The notes beneath the pieces were generated by a model, which was given only the letters and a program-made list of their open reading frames with translations, was not told the DNA's origin and made no database searches. Of a stretch of 64,000 nucleotides of DNA, positions 1-11,329 are shown in pieces; position 1 is the stretch's first letter, and every line of letters starts with the position of its first letter. A program made the position numbers and the translations under genes. Source of the DNA: Azolla caroliniana (taxonomy: Eukaryota; Plantae; Polypodiophyta); the NCBI GenBank assembly GCA_043228905.1, contig JBHGNT010000015.1:18724001-18788000 (forward strand), read 5' to 3'.

Positions 1-46
1 AAACAAACAAGAAAAAGTGGACTTTCAATGGAAATCCGATGCAATG

Positions 47-191
47 AATATGTTTCTAAGAGTCCATCTGGGCTATATTTGTAAATAGTTGAAAAGTCAT
101 TTTAGTATAAATATGACTTAGGGCAAACTGTTGCATGTGTGAGAGTTGTTGTCATTTCTTGTTGGTGCAAGATTAGAGCGCAACAGTGTAC

Positions 192-222
<31 letters not shown>

Positions 223-498
223 CGAAGAGGTCGTTGCCTCTGTTGTAACCGCCGCCTATGGCGAAGACAATGAACAAGAGGTCGTTGCCTCTATGTTCAT
301 CTTTTGTATATTCTTACATAGTGATAGTTAGCAGTCAGTGGACTGCCGTGGTTTTTCCCATGTTTGGGTTTTGCACGTAAACATCCTGTGTACTCTTCTC
401 TCACCTTTGTGTTGTGCATTCATTCCCCGTTTTCTATGTTTGATTCTAAGCTCGGTTGTGGCCGAGCATTGTTCATAGGGAGCGTGTAGTTCCTATCA
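47..498 (+). mobile_element. Inverted partial 3' LTR of Copia element A
   Basis: Reverse-complement match to the LTR at 4060-4501; ends GTTCCTATCA; followed by TGGCA, whose reverse complement TGCCA matches the flank TGCCG at 4836-4840 at 4/5 positions; no PBS after it. Confidence 0.85.
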
Positions 499-668
499 TG
501 GCACGCAAGGGGCGGAAACCGGAGTGCGATCGGAGAGATCCGGAGCGCATCCGGAGGACATACGAGGCGGACCAAGAGGGTGTACCTCGGGGCGAAGCGG
601 CAACATCGGAGGTTGCGGAGGACATCGAAGACGAGAGCACCCACACGGATGTCGGGGAAGCAACGTAC
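499..668 (+). mobile_element. Inverted piece of the Gypsy-like host element B
   Basis: GC-rich; reads ARKGRKPECDRRDPER..., an in-frame continuation of the minus-strand frame ending KTKGAA at 4836 once Copia A is removed. Confidence 0.75.
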
Positions 669-2142
669 CTTTTCGAATCCTTCCGGTTGCTGCATGTAGA
701 TCTCCTCTTCGAGGTCACCGTGAAGGAATGTCGTCTTCACGTCCAGCTGCTCTACCTCGAGGTCCATGCTTGCCGCTATACTCAACACTGTCCGGATGGA
801 GGTCATCTTTACTACCAGGGCAAATATCTCATCGAAGTCCACGCCCTTCTTCTGCCTTCACCACGATCCTGGCTTTGTATCTCGGGGGGTTGCCGGCATC
901 TCCCGGTTTCAACTTGTACACCCACTTATTTCGGATTTCCCGCTTTCCTTCTGGCAACTCCACCAATTCGTACGTATGGTTCTCATGCAGGGAATCCATC
1001 TCATCCTGCATGGTACTTAACCATTTTCGGTTGTGGGTGTCATCCGTCGCTTCTTTGAAGCTTTCTAGCTCCCCCTCATCGGTTAGCAGCACATGCTCTG
1101 CATCCGGAAATCTCTGGGGGGCCCTTCTCTCTCTGAGAGGATATCTACGTCTCTGGGCTTCGGTAACCGGCTCCTCCATTTGATCTTCATCCGAATCTGA
1201 TTCCGGTCTTGGCCGGTTCAGGTTTCAGCTTCCTCTACTTCTTCTTCTACCGGTTCGGTATCCTCACCGTAACCGGCTGGTTCCTCGAGTGCTAACCGGT
1301 CTCTTGCCGGTTGGGTCTGCTCATCATAGAATCGATCCTTACCGGTCGACTCGGAGTTCATTATCTTCTTCTCCGACTCCCAGTCGACGAGCTTCTTGTC
1401 CTCCATGAAGATAATATCTCGACTCCGGAATACCTTCTTGTCGACCAGGTCCCACACTCGGTAGCCGAACTCATCGTCGTTGTAACCGAGGAATATGCAT
1501 GGCCGGGTCTTTGGATCTAACTTTCCTCTCCGGTCCTTAGCAACATGCACGTACACGAGACACCTGAACACCTTTAGATGCCGATAGGACACTTCCTTAC
1601 CGGTCCATACTCTCTGCGGCGTGTCTCCGTCCAAGGGTACTGAGGGTGATCTATTCATCACATATGTCGCCATCGACAGTGCCTCAGCCCACAACTTCTT
1701 GGGTAGTTTTGCATGCGCCAATTCATCCTCTCTATTATGGTCCGGTTCATCCTCTCGGCCAGCCCGTTTAGTTCCGGCGTCTTCGGCACGGTAAATTCGA
1801 GCTGGATTCCCTTCGAGCGACAATACTCCTCGAACTGCCCCCGGTATTCACCTCCGTTATCTGCTCGAACCGCCTTCAGCTTCCAGCCAGTTTCTCTTTC
1901 CACTCTCACGTGGAGCTCTTTGAAGACGGATAACACTTGATCCTTCGTCTTCAACGGTGTGGCCCACAACTTCCGGTTGTAGTCATCTATGAACGTCACG
2001 AAGTATTGCGATCCTGCATGTGACTTCGTGTCCACTTGACACACATCAGTATGCACCAACTCCAGTGGTGCATTACGTCTCATCGGTGGCCTCGATCGAG
2101 AGGTCTGATTCAGACAATCAGTGCACTTCTCCAAGTGCACGT

Positions 2143-2642
2143 TGTCATGATATGGCAAGACTCGAACCCATGACCTTAGGTCACATGGGTCGAGCTCTTG
2201 ACCATTAGATCATCTATTGTAATACGTAGGATATTATTTTCATGTACATTTTATTATAGGAAATTAGTGTATATTCCAGATTTCTCTAGAACATTCTAGA
2301 AGCTTCAGGATTACTCCTGAAAACACTATAAAAGAGGGCACTAGGCATTATGTTGAACCCAATTGGTTCAACGCCAGTCTTAAGCCTTTTAGCCACCATT
2401 GTATATTCTCTTCATATAATACATATCTTTCTTATCATCACTCACTCTCTCTCTCTCTCTTTCTCTCTGTCTCGCTCACTTCTTCCTTCTCTCGAAGAAG
2501 TTCCACACCTCCCATAGTACTAATCCTTTGTTTAGTACTAATTCCTTCTCTATCTCAGTATTGTTCATGACAGTTCACCTCTCATAGTACTAATCCTTCG
2601 TTTAGTACTAATTCCTTCTCTGTCTCAGTACTGTTCATGACA
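2143..2642 (+). mobile_element. Solo LTR inserted in the Copia A GAG-pre/integrase region
   Basis: 8-bp terminal inverted repeat TGTCATGA..TCATGACA; perfect 5-bp TSD CACGT (2138-2142, 2643-2647); TATAAAA at 2327; CT-rich tract downstream. Confidence 0.9.
2289..2333 (+). promoter_or_regulatory. Heat-shock element array plus TATA box in solo LTR
   Basis: GAAcaTTCtaGAAgcTTC is four perfect alternating nGAAn units, ~20 bp upstream of TATAAAA. Confidence 0.65.
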
Positions 2643-4059
2643 CACGTTCTTCACTGGAATGAGGTTGTCGTCTGCAAGCCTCTTCATCCCCTTCTCGCTC
2701 ATGTGACACAGCCTCTTGTGCCATAGCTCACCGGCAGTGTTGGATGCCACGTTCACTTCCTCCGGACATAGCCGGGCATTCATCAGGTACAATGTGTTTA
2801 CATTCCGAGCCCGAGCCACAATCAGGCTCCCTTTGCTGAACTTCATAACACCGTTCCGGATGCTACCCATGTAGCCTTCATCATCTAGCCGACTGGCTGA
2901 TATCAGGTTCAGACGAACCTCCGGAACGTGTCGGACATCCTTCAGCAGCAGCTTGCATCCGGTTGGTGTTGTCAACCACACGTCTCCTATGCCGACAATT
3001 CGGCATGTACCTTCATTCCCCATCTGGACACAACCGTGATCACTGGCTGAGTAGGATGAGAAGCATTTCCGGTCCGGGGTAAGGTGGAACGACGCTCCGG
3101 ATTCGACCACCCAGGTCATCTCGTCGCCGGCAAGGTTTCTCAAACTCTCCTCGGTGATGAGCATCAACTCTTCTTCACTTGCCACGATTGCCGTCGCTCC
3201 CTTCCGGTCCAGCCCCCTCCGGTCTTTACCGTTCCGGTCCGGTGTCCGTTTCGAACCGGTACCGTCGGTTTCCTTGTCTTTCCGGAAATGCCGACAGTTC
3301 TTCTAGAAGTGTCCCAGCTTGCCGCAATAGAAGCAAGTAGGCCTCCCCCTTGACTTTGACCGTGTCCCCGACTTTTCCCGATTCTGGGGACTACGGTTTC
3401 TATGTCTTCCGCGTTCCGATTCGGTAAGGAGCGCTTTGGAGTCGGAGCTCGTATCCTTATCTTTCCGACGCGCCTCCTCATCTAGCAAGCCCGACTTCAC
3501 TCTTGCTAGGGATAACCGTTTCCCTTCCGGCCCGGCGTTGCCCAAAGTGACAACCAACGTCTCCCAGCTATCCAGGAGGGAACCGAGCAGGAGTAGCGCT
3601 AGTACCTCATCGGCGAGAGGTACTTCCAATGATGTTGCCTGGTGGATCAGCCCCTGGAAGGCATTCATGTGCTCCGCCATGCTGGAGCCATCTTGGTACC
3701 AGAGTCTTACTAGCTTCCGAAATACCGAAACCTGATTGACAGCATTTTTGTTCTAAAACATAATGTCGATCTTCTCCCAGAGGTCATGAGCCTTGCTCTC
3801 TTCATTGAAGTTGTTGTATAGGCTCATGTCGATGAAGCACCGTATGTAAGCCGTTGTCTTCATGTGCATCACCTCCCATATCGCGGCATCGATTTTGTCC
3901 GGTCTCTTGTCCCCGAACTGAACCGGCAGCCAAAGGTCTTTAACCACGAGCATGTCCCTCATCTTTGACTTCCACACCGAATAGTTGGAGTCGGTGAGCT
4001 TGAACATGCCTCCCAACGAATCGTCTATTTTTCTGTGTTGCCTCGCTCTGATACCACTT

Positions 4060-4288
4060 TGACAGGAACTACACGCTCCCTTTGAACAATGCTCAGCCAC
4101 AACCGAGCTTAGAATCAAACACAGAAAACAGGGAATGAATGCACGACACAAAGGTGAGAGAAGAGTACACAGGATGTTTACGTGGAAAACCCAAACACGG
4201 GAAAAACCACGGCAGTCCACTAACTGCTAACTATCACTATGTAAGAATATACAAAAGATGAACACAGAGGCAACGACCTCTTCGTCTC

Positions 4289-4359
<71 letters not shown>

Positions 4360-4835
4360 CACTATTGCGCTCTAATCTTGCGCCAACAAGAAATGACAAC
4401 AACTCTCACACATGCAACAGTTTGCCCTAAGTCATATTTATACTAAAATGACTTTTCGGCTATTTACAAATATAGCCCCGATAGACTCTCAGAAACATAT
4501 TTACGAATATGTCCCTTCATCCGGTGATCACTCTTCACCGGGCCTGCATCATCCGGCGTTTGCCGGGCACTCATCATCCGGTTCTCACCGGGTCATCCGT
4601 AGCCGGGTACTCCTCATCCGGTTCTCACCAGGTCTTCATCATTTGGTTCGCACCGGGTCATCCGTAGTCGGGTACTCCTCATCCGGTTCTCACTGGGTCT
4701 TCATCATCCGGTTCTCACTGGGTCATCCGTAGCCGGGTACTCCTCATCTGGTTCTCACCGGGTCTTCATCATCTGGTTCTCACCGAGTCATCCATAGCCG
4801 GGTACTCCTCATCCGCAGGGACCTGTTTCCTAACA
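4060..4835 (-). repeat. 5' LTR of Copia A with (GA)n tract and ~65-bp tandem repeats (4520-4815)
   Basis: Adjacent to PBS; TG..CA ends; units GTAGCCGGGTACTCCTCATCCGGTTCTCACC.. recur at ~65-bp spacing. Confidence 0.9.
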
Positions 4836-7529
4836 TGCCGCTCCTTTGGTTTTATCGTCTCCACATGCCGAACACCTCGATGTGTCAACTCTTCCCTCTC
4901 TGCTCTTGCCTTCCGTAGGCTCTTCCCGTGCGCTGATGTTGTCCCCCGAATATGCGCTCATTCTTTGGCCCTTAGGCGACCCCATTCTGCGTTCCTTGCT
5001 TCTCCTTTGCCCGTTGTGCTCTCTCGCCATAGAGCATACCGTCATCCCGACCTCCGTGTCAGTGTCCCTCGAGGCTCTCGTTACCACCTCGCCTCGACTT
5101 GCATCCTCTTGGCCCGCTTGGCCCCGCATGTCCTCGGGGACGCCGCTTTGTCTCTCCCCGGTGCATAATTCTTTGCTCTCCGCACACCATCCTCCGCTTT
5201 CGTCATTCATCCGCCGATCCCGGCAACTCACCGCTCCGTCTCTTGCAGCGTGCTTGCCTCTCAAAGGCTCGACCGGTCCGCCGTTGTCGGTCACTCATTG
5301 CCACTCTTCCGGCTGCACGCTTGCTTCTTGGCCCTTCGTCGGTTGTAGTGCATGCTCCGTTTTACGCCGTAGTGCGTACTTCGTATTACGCGCCTCGTCC
5401 GTCGTAGACCCTACCTCCGCGTCGGTCTCTTCGTCCTTCATTGCCGTAGCCCCTTCTGACTCCGGCTTGCCGTCTTGGCCGTGCTCATCCGTCTTCACGC
5501 ACCGGGTACCCGTTTTGGTAGCCTCGTCTGTTCCAGTCTCCGACTCCTCGCCGCCACCTGTCGTCTCTCCGGTCTTATGTTCATCCGCAGCCGCTAAAGT
5601 CTCAAGGATAGATGTGGAGGGCTCCTCTCGCTTTTGGCCCCCCACCGAGTCGTACTCCTCGCGCATGCTTGGCCTCCTTCTCACGCTCACCAACTCCCAC
5701 CCGGTGTTGTGGCTCGTTCGCCTCAACCTCCAATCATGTCGACTTAGCCTTCGCCCGGATCGGTCTCGACCGATCAAGTTCCGGTTTGCTTGGCTCCCTT
5801 CCGTAATTGTGACCGGCCGGTACATGTTTGTCCGAACAAATCCGGCCTTGCCGGCTCTTCTTCGGTTCGGGCCCGGTTGACTAGACCCCGCTCCAATCTT
5901 CTTCCGCGTCGTCTTCCGGTCATGTCGGATTATCGACCGGTTCATCTTCTGGTCGGGTCGGTTCCCGACTCTCTCCTCTTTGCCGCTCCCGACCTCTCCG
6001 TCGATCCTCTCGTACATGCCCGTTCCGGGCCTCGCATCCTCATCTTCGTACGTGTTCGCTCTGAGCCACGCCTCCTCACGGCCACCGCCCTTCTCTCCGG
6101 TCTTATGTTTGCATTCGAACGCAACCGCCGCAGTCTCCGGCCCCGGTGTCGAGGAGTCTCTCCTCCATCCGCTATGACCTTCCTCGTCGTCGTTTCGATC
6201 GTCCGCTTTGCCGCCACCACCTTCCGTCTTTCCGGTCTCACGTGTGCTCTTGGGTCCGACCGCCGAAGTCTCTAGAATAGGTGCGGGAAAAGCCTTGGTA
6301 CCATCACTCGCCGATGTCATGTTTGTAGCCACCTTCGTTCGGACACCGTGGTCCGTGGCTATCTCGTCCCCGATTACGCGAGCCTCGATTATGCTTGCTA
6401 CCTCCTCGTCCTCGTCCTCGTCTCAGTTGCCGGCCTTGCCGTCGCCACCGCCCGTCGCTCTAGGACTCACGCCAACACTTGGGTCAACCGTCGGAGCCTC
6501 TAGGACCGGTGTGTGTAAGGTCACAGCACCGCCGCTCGTTATGTCCGTAGCCACCTCTATCCGGACGTCGTTGTCCGTGGCTACCCCGTCTCCGATCGCA
6601 AAAGTCTCGATTACGCTTGCCGCCTCCTCTTCCTTGATCTCCTTGCCGTCGTCTTGGTTGCCCGCCTTGCCGTAGCCACCGTTCATCACTCTAGGTCTCA
6701 CACCGACTCTCGGGCCGGATGCCGGAGTCTCTAGAATCGGTGTGGGTAAGGACCCGGCACCGCCGCTTGTCTCCTCCCCACTCGATGTTTCAGGCCGCCA
6801 TGTCCCGAATCCGTAGTTACCGGCCTCCATGGCCGTCCCTTCACCGCAAGGCAAGAGGGTCGCTTGCTCTGCGCCCTCTCCCATGTCGCCGTCGTACGCT
6901 CTTCTAGCCTCCGTATAGGCCCCGTCTTCTACGCTTAGGGAGGCTTCTTCCTCCGCATCCTCCGATCGCCTCCGGCCCGACTCCATAATAAGCCCTTCTT
7001 CGGCTTCGATTTTCCCCTTCACAAGCTCGCATGCCTCTCGTATTATCGCTTCTAGGTCGAGTTCCTCCGAACTGTTTTGCGTTGAGCTCTCTTCTGGCGG
7101 TAGTGTGTACTCACTCGCCGCTCTCTCTTCTCCTTCGCTCGTGGGCCACGTTGTTGCCGACCGCTCCCCATCGGGTTGCCGGCATACCCACTCCGGTTTC
7201 GCGTATCCGTACGCTTCCAATAGGGCTCCCTCCAAGGACACCCACGACTCATGAGCATCCCATAGCTCCCTGACCTCCTTGTGCACCGATACCGATGCGG
7301 CCGCCACTCGAGGAAAATACTCTAACCGCATCGCCTCGTCCACGCCCACTTTCGCCATCTCGGCCTTGTAGGCTCCCAAAAATTTTGGGACCTCATTCCC
7401 ATTGAACCGGGCAACTCTATCGACCACCCTTTCGACGGCTTGTTGAGCCGCATCTCGCTTCGCCATCTTCCGTTCAGCTTCCATCACGATCTTTGCCATC
7501 ATCTCGTCGAAGTCGAAGTCTTCTTCCAT
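4836..7529 (-). pseudogene. Gag-like protein with long charged low-complexity tail, two in-frame TGA stops
   Basis: ORFs 6423-7529, 5295-6332 and 4830-5294 share one frame, broken only by TGA at 6423-6425 and 5295-5297. Confidence 0.65.
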
Positions 7530-7906
7530 CTCCCTGCTCCCTTGCCGCCCTTCACGTTAGGTTCACCAAAGATGTCGCGTTGTTACGCACATGTGTGTAG
7601 AAGGGGCAGGACCACGGGGGTCTTGGACTAGGGGGTAGAGGAGAAAGAATAAGATATGTTTGGAAGCTTATGGTAAGAACTCTAGACTAAGTGGTATACC
7701 TCTTATACGCAAAATAGGCAACCCTTCATAAGTGACCCCTCCCTTCCTTTTATAGCCCAAGGAGGGAGGGACCTTACAATGTGGGACAAAATTTCCCCTC
7801 TTATTTCTATGTACACCATTTCCTAGTACACGTGTGCACATGTTGCACACCACCAACTTGCCCTTTCCACCCCGGTTTCCGCCTATGTACGAAAATCTTC
7901 ACGACA
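4836..7906 (-). mobile_element. Gypsy-like LTR retrotransposon B (5' LTR, PBS, gag-like long ORF; no pol visible)
   Basis: LTR 7573-7906 with TGTCGCG..CACGACA ends; PBS 7551-7568 resembling the plant tRNA-Trp 3' end; Gag-like N-terminus (RFNGNEVPKFLGAY..WVSLEGALLEAY); interrupted by Copia A. Confidence 0.75.
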
Positions 7907-9803
7907 CCATGCCGATCCAATTATAGCACAATGCTACAAATTTCCGACTTGGACTAAGTCGGGATGCCCAGCTAAATATTGTCGAAATTGGGATCGATGA
8001 GGGATCATGTGATAGGATGCACTCGAATCCAGGAGCCATGTGCACAATTCCTCAACTGTAAGTAGAAATTCTTATTCGACTGAGTGTTCTATGAATAAGA
8101 TGTTCCGATCATCCTTCAGTACTTCAGTGGAAGAGCCGATGTAGTTAACCTCCTCATGTCGCCCACCCTTTTGATCACCTCGTTGAGCTTTGTCATTTTT
8201 AGCTTTGGGGGTGCGTCAATCGGCCTTGATATGTCCAGGTTTCTTGCAATAGTTGCAAGTTCGATTATCCCAGGACTTGTGTTGCCAGGAATAACTTCCT
8301 CCGTGGTTGTTTGGTCGGTCAGCCAAACCTTGTATTATGTAAGCGTCTCTAGTTGAATCATGTACAAACGATTTAGTCTGAGCAGCTTTTGTTAGGATTG
8401 AGCTTGTGACTTCAGAGTACTTCAAAGTGGTAGTTGACGCATTGCAAACTGTAGTGGCGAAAGTTTCCCATGAAGGGAGGAGACTGCTCATTAGCAAAAT
8501 AACTTTTAGCTCATCTTCGATTGTCATCCACTGAGCTAAAATCAGGGATTTTAGGCTTTCATACTCATTTAGGTGTGCATGAACCAAATTGGATTCTTTC
8601 ATCCGGAGTTTGTAGAGGTGCCGGATCAGGTATATCTTTGTGGCGGCGACCTTATTCTCATAAGTGTCTGACAGTGTCTTCCAAAGTTCATAAGCAGTCG
8701 AACACGACTACACCATATAGTACATTGATTCGGACAAGTGCATCTGAATGGTGGCTCAGACAATCCGGTCAAGTTTCGTCCACTCCTTTGGTTTGCATCC
8801 TTCTAGAGCATCTTTATTCTCAATTGGGTCTATCTGAGCCTTGACTATCAAATATTCTTGCATCTGCTCCTTCCAAAAGTTGAAGTTGGATTTGTCGAAC
8901 TTCCTTAGACTCATCTCTAATGAGCCATATGTGGATGTCATTCTAGACTTGACCCAAATAGTCGAAAAGTTTTGTCCGGAGGTGGCTACGATCGGTAGGA
9001 GGGTACAACCGGTTGGTCCACTTGAATTTGATCTGGCCGAATCGGACACGGACTTAGTCTGCTAGAAGTGGGTACGGCAAGATGTGGTCCAAGAGTAGAG
9101 TCGACTGGCCTATCCGTTGTGATGCCTATCCGAATTGAGCACGAATCGTATTGATTGGCTTGTTGGTTCAATTTTGAATACCTGGTTGATTTCCGATCTC
9201 TGGCGCCAATACTATTCCCAATGACTACAACCAAGAAAACGAGTACAACCAACTGGCATACTTGCAATGCGGTGTAGTTGGGTAGAGTGTGAATCGGAGA
9301 GGTGTCTCTTCTCACAACAATGATGTTCTTAAATCAGGAGATTTCAGTCTGACTGAAATCTTAACAAATGCTTGTCCAATGTATACAAGAGATCATGAGT
9401 TCTTCAGGGATCAAAACAAAAGTGTTAGTGGTGGAGCTGATGACGACTAGTAGCGAAAAGAACCTCGTGCTCTAAAACCATATATTTTAGAGTCAGTCGT
9501 CGAGGATGCAGAATAGTGTGTAACACTCTATTATGAAGAACATCAGGATCATATACATAGACAAAATGAACAAGTGATAAATAGAAAACTTAGCAAGATC
9601 AAGGAGATTGAACAGAGAAACTAAGAGAGAGAGAGAGAGAGAGAGAGAGGCACACAAGATACAAATTGTATTCAAAGAAAGGTAACACACTATGAACTAG
9701 GTTACAAAGCCAGTTATATACCAACTAGGTTAGGGCAACTGCCCTTTGACATATTTACATTATTGTCCTAAACCTAGAGTGTCCAAAGGGAAAGTATTCG
9801 ACA
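7907..9803 (-). mobile_element. Older Copia element C remnant (5' LTR, gag, protease)
   Basis: LTR ~9483-9803 (starts TGTCGAATAC on minus); decayed PBS at 9469-9480; KFDKSNFNFWKEQMQEYL, LLMSSLLPSWETF, CNYCKKPGH, WLLDSSASYHM near 8010-8040. Confidence 0.8.
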
Positions 9804-9818
9804 ACTTGCATCACATCA

Positions 9819-10781
9819 TGTTACCAACTTCGATCTTGTGGTTGTGTTTGGTGAATATGGCAAGGAGATGAGCTCTATGGATGTGGCAATGAAAATTAAA
9901 GTTGGAGTCCATGGTGTTTGAGCTAAGAAGTATTTCCAACCATCAAAATAGAGAATTGGTGGATCAATAAGACAAAAAAGTCGTTGGAAATGTTGGTGTG
10001 GTAAACTAAATATTATGATGATGGATCTATGGACAAACACAAAGCAAACTATTAGCAAAAGGGTAGGCACAAAGGCAAGGTGATTTCAAGGAATCATTCG
10101 CCTAGACTACAAGGCTCAAAACAATATGAGGGGGCAATGGTTCTAATGTATGAGACGCATCTCAACTATACAAAGGTGGTTATTAAACGTCTTCGAAATG
10201 GGTTCAACAAAACCTCAAAGCAAGCACAATCTAGACCTTATAAATGTTGGGGAACCGATTGTTCGATTCGGTTGTGGCCGAAAATCGAATCTAAATCAGT
10301 TGAGGCCGACTTAGGACTATAATTGTAAATTGCATCATTGTGCCCTTAGTGGGCTATATTTGTAAATAGCTCATATAGTGTATATGAGTATAAATATAGT
10401 TAGGGTAATCATTATGTCATTATGATCATTGTGAAAAAGATATAGTTGGTTGTTACCACTGTAACCAAGAGAGCGAGAGCAAGAGTGAGAGTTGTAACTC
10501 CGCCGCCGTCTATTAGACGAAGACGAGGTCGAGGTCGGTGCTTGCGAGTCTCCTTGTATTCCTCTCTCTATACATAGTAATTTGTTTCTTGGGGTTTGTG
10601 GACCCCTGTGGTTTTTTTCCCTTTCGGGTTTTCCACGTAAAACACTTGTGTGTTTGTATTCCTGTTCTCGGTTGTCTGTGTACTATCACTCATGATCTTT
10701 GCACCCACATACAAATACGTACCAACCGGTTGTGGCCGGAGTTGATTCTCAACAATAAAGGGATATTACTTTGACCTAACA
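9819..10781 (+). mobile_element. Probable solo LTR related to the Copia A LTR family
   Basis: TGTTA..TAACA ends; shares GGGCTATATTTGTAAATAG, TATAAATAT, GTGGAC..GTGGTTTTT..GGGTTTTCCACGTAAA and CGGTTGTGGCCG blocks with LTR A; TSD poor (CATCA/ATTCA). Confidence 0.65.
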
Positions 10782-11329
10782 ATTCATTTGGTCCACTACA
10801 AGTGCATTAAGGTATAGGCACTATTGCAATGAAGACATAACATGCATAAGAGGATGTACATATCATTGCCCAAGATTGAGCAATATCTCTTAGCAATCCA
10901 CTAGAAAGAACATGGATATGCCATATGTATCCTCTTGTGTGAGTTGTTCCAAATATGTTTTATTTTGTGCAATGTATCATTTGCATTACTTCTAATAAAT
11001 TACATTTCTTCTTTGGGCACAAGATGTGTAGGGCAACCATTGAGTTTCTGTGTGATTTAGTTTTGCTTTACATTACCAAATGTTCTATAATATTCATGTG
11101 GGCATACCTCTTGATGGGTAAGTTAGGCCTTTTAAATGCCATTAATATATCATTTCATTGCACTGTATTTAGGTTTCTTTATATGAGCATACATATGTGT
11201 TTTTGTGCTTCTCTCGATTTGTGTGTGTCATCCTTGCACATGGGGCATACTAATCTTTTCTACCTTATTCCAAATTGATCAAATGGGAACATGTTATATC
11301 TCTCTCTAAACGAGAAACGTGAATAATGT

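Larger units (their letters stand above)
669..4008 (-). pseudogene. Copia gag-pol polyprotein, disrupted
   Basis: ORF pieces 3753-4008, 3303-3680, 2643-3185, 1658-2142, 1218-1823, 829-1179 and 669-842 carry successive gag/PR/INT/RT motifs. Confidence 0.9.
669..4835 (-). mobile_element. Ty1/Copia LTR retrotransposon A, degenerate and truncated within RT
   Basis: 5' LTR 4060-4835 (TGTTA..TGTCA on minus); PBS TGGTATCAGAGC (tRNA-iMet type) 4045-4056; gag (KLTDSNYSVWK, CFYCGKLGH), protease (WVVESGASFH), GAG-pre (LWHKRLCHMS), integrase (LVHTD, DNGGEY, NGLAERMNRT), RT (YKARIVVK, QLDVKTTFLHGDLEEEIYMQQPEGF); Copia domain order; frameshifts and stops. Confidence 0.95.

Noticed and set aside
456-1183. 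Plus-strand 200- and 219-aa ORFs as genes
   Set aside because: Chimeras across the inversion junction, mostly antisense to Copia RT
47-4500. DIRS-like or DNA transposon with long terminal inverted repeats
   Set aside because: The interior is plain Copia with a PBS; the inverted TSD and host-frame continuity explain it as a secondary inversion
4846-6675. Plus-strand ORFs (344, 161 and 155 aa) as genes
   Set aside because: Antisense shadows of a GC-rich retroelement frame with no recognisable domains
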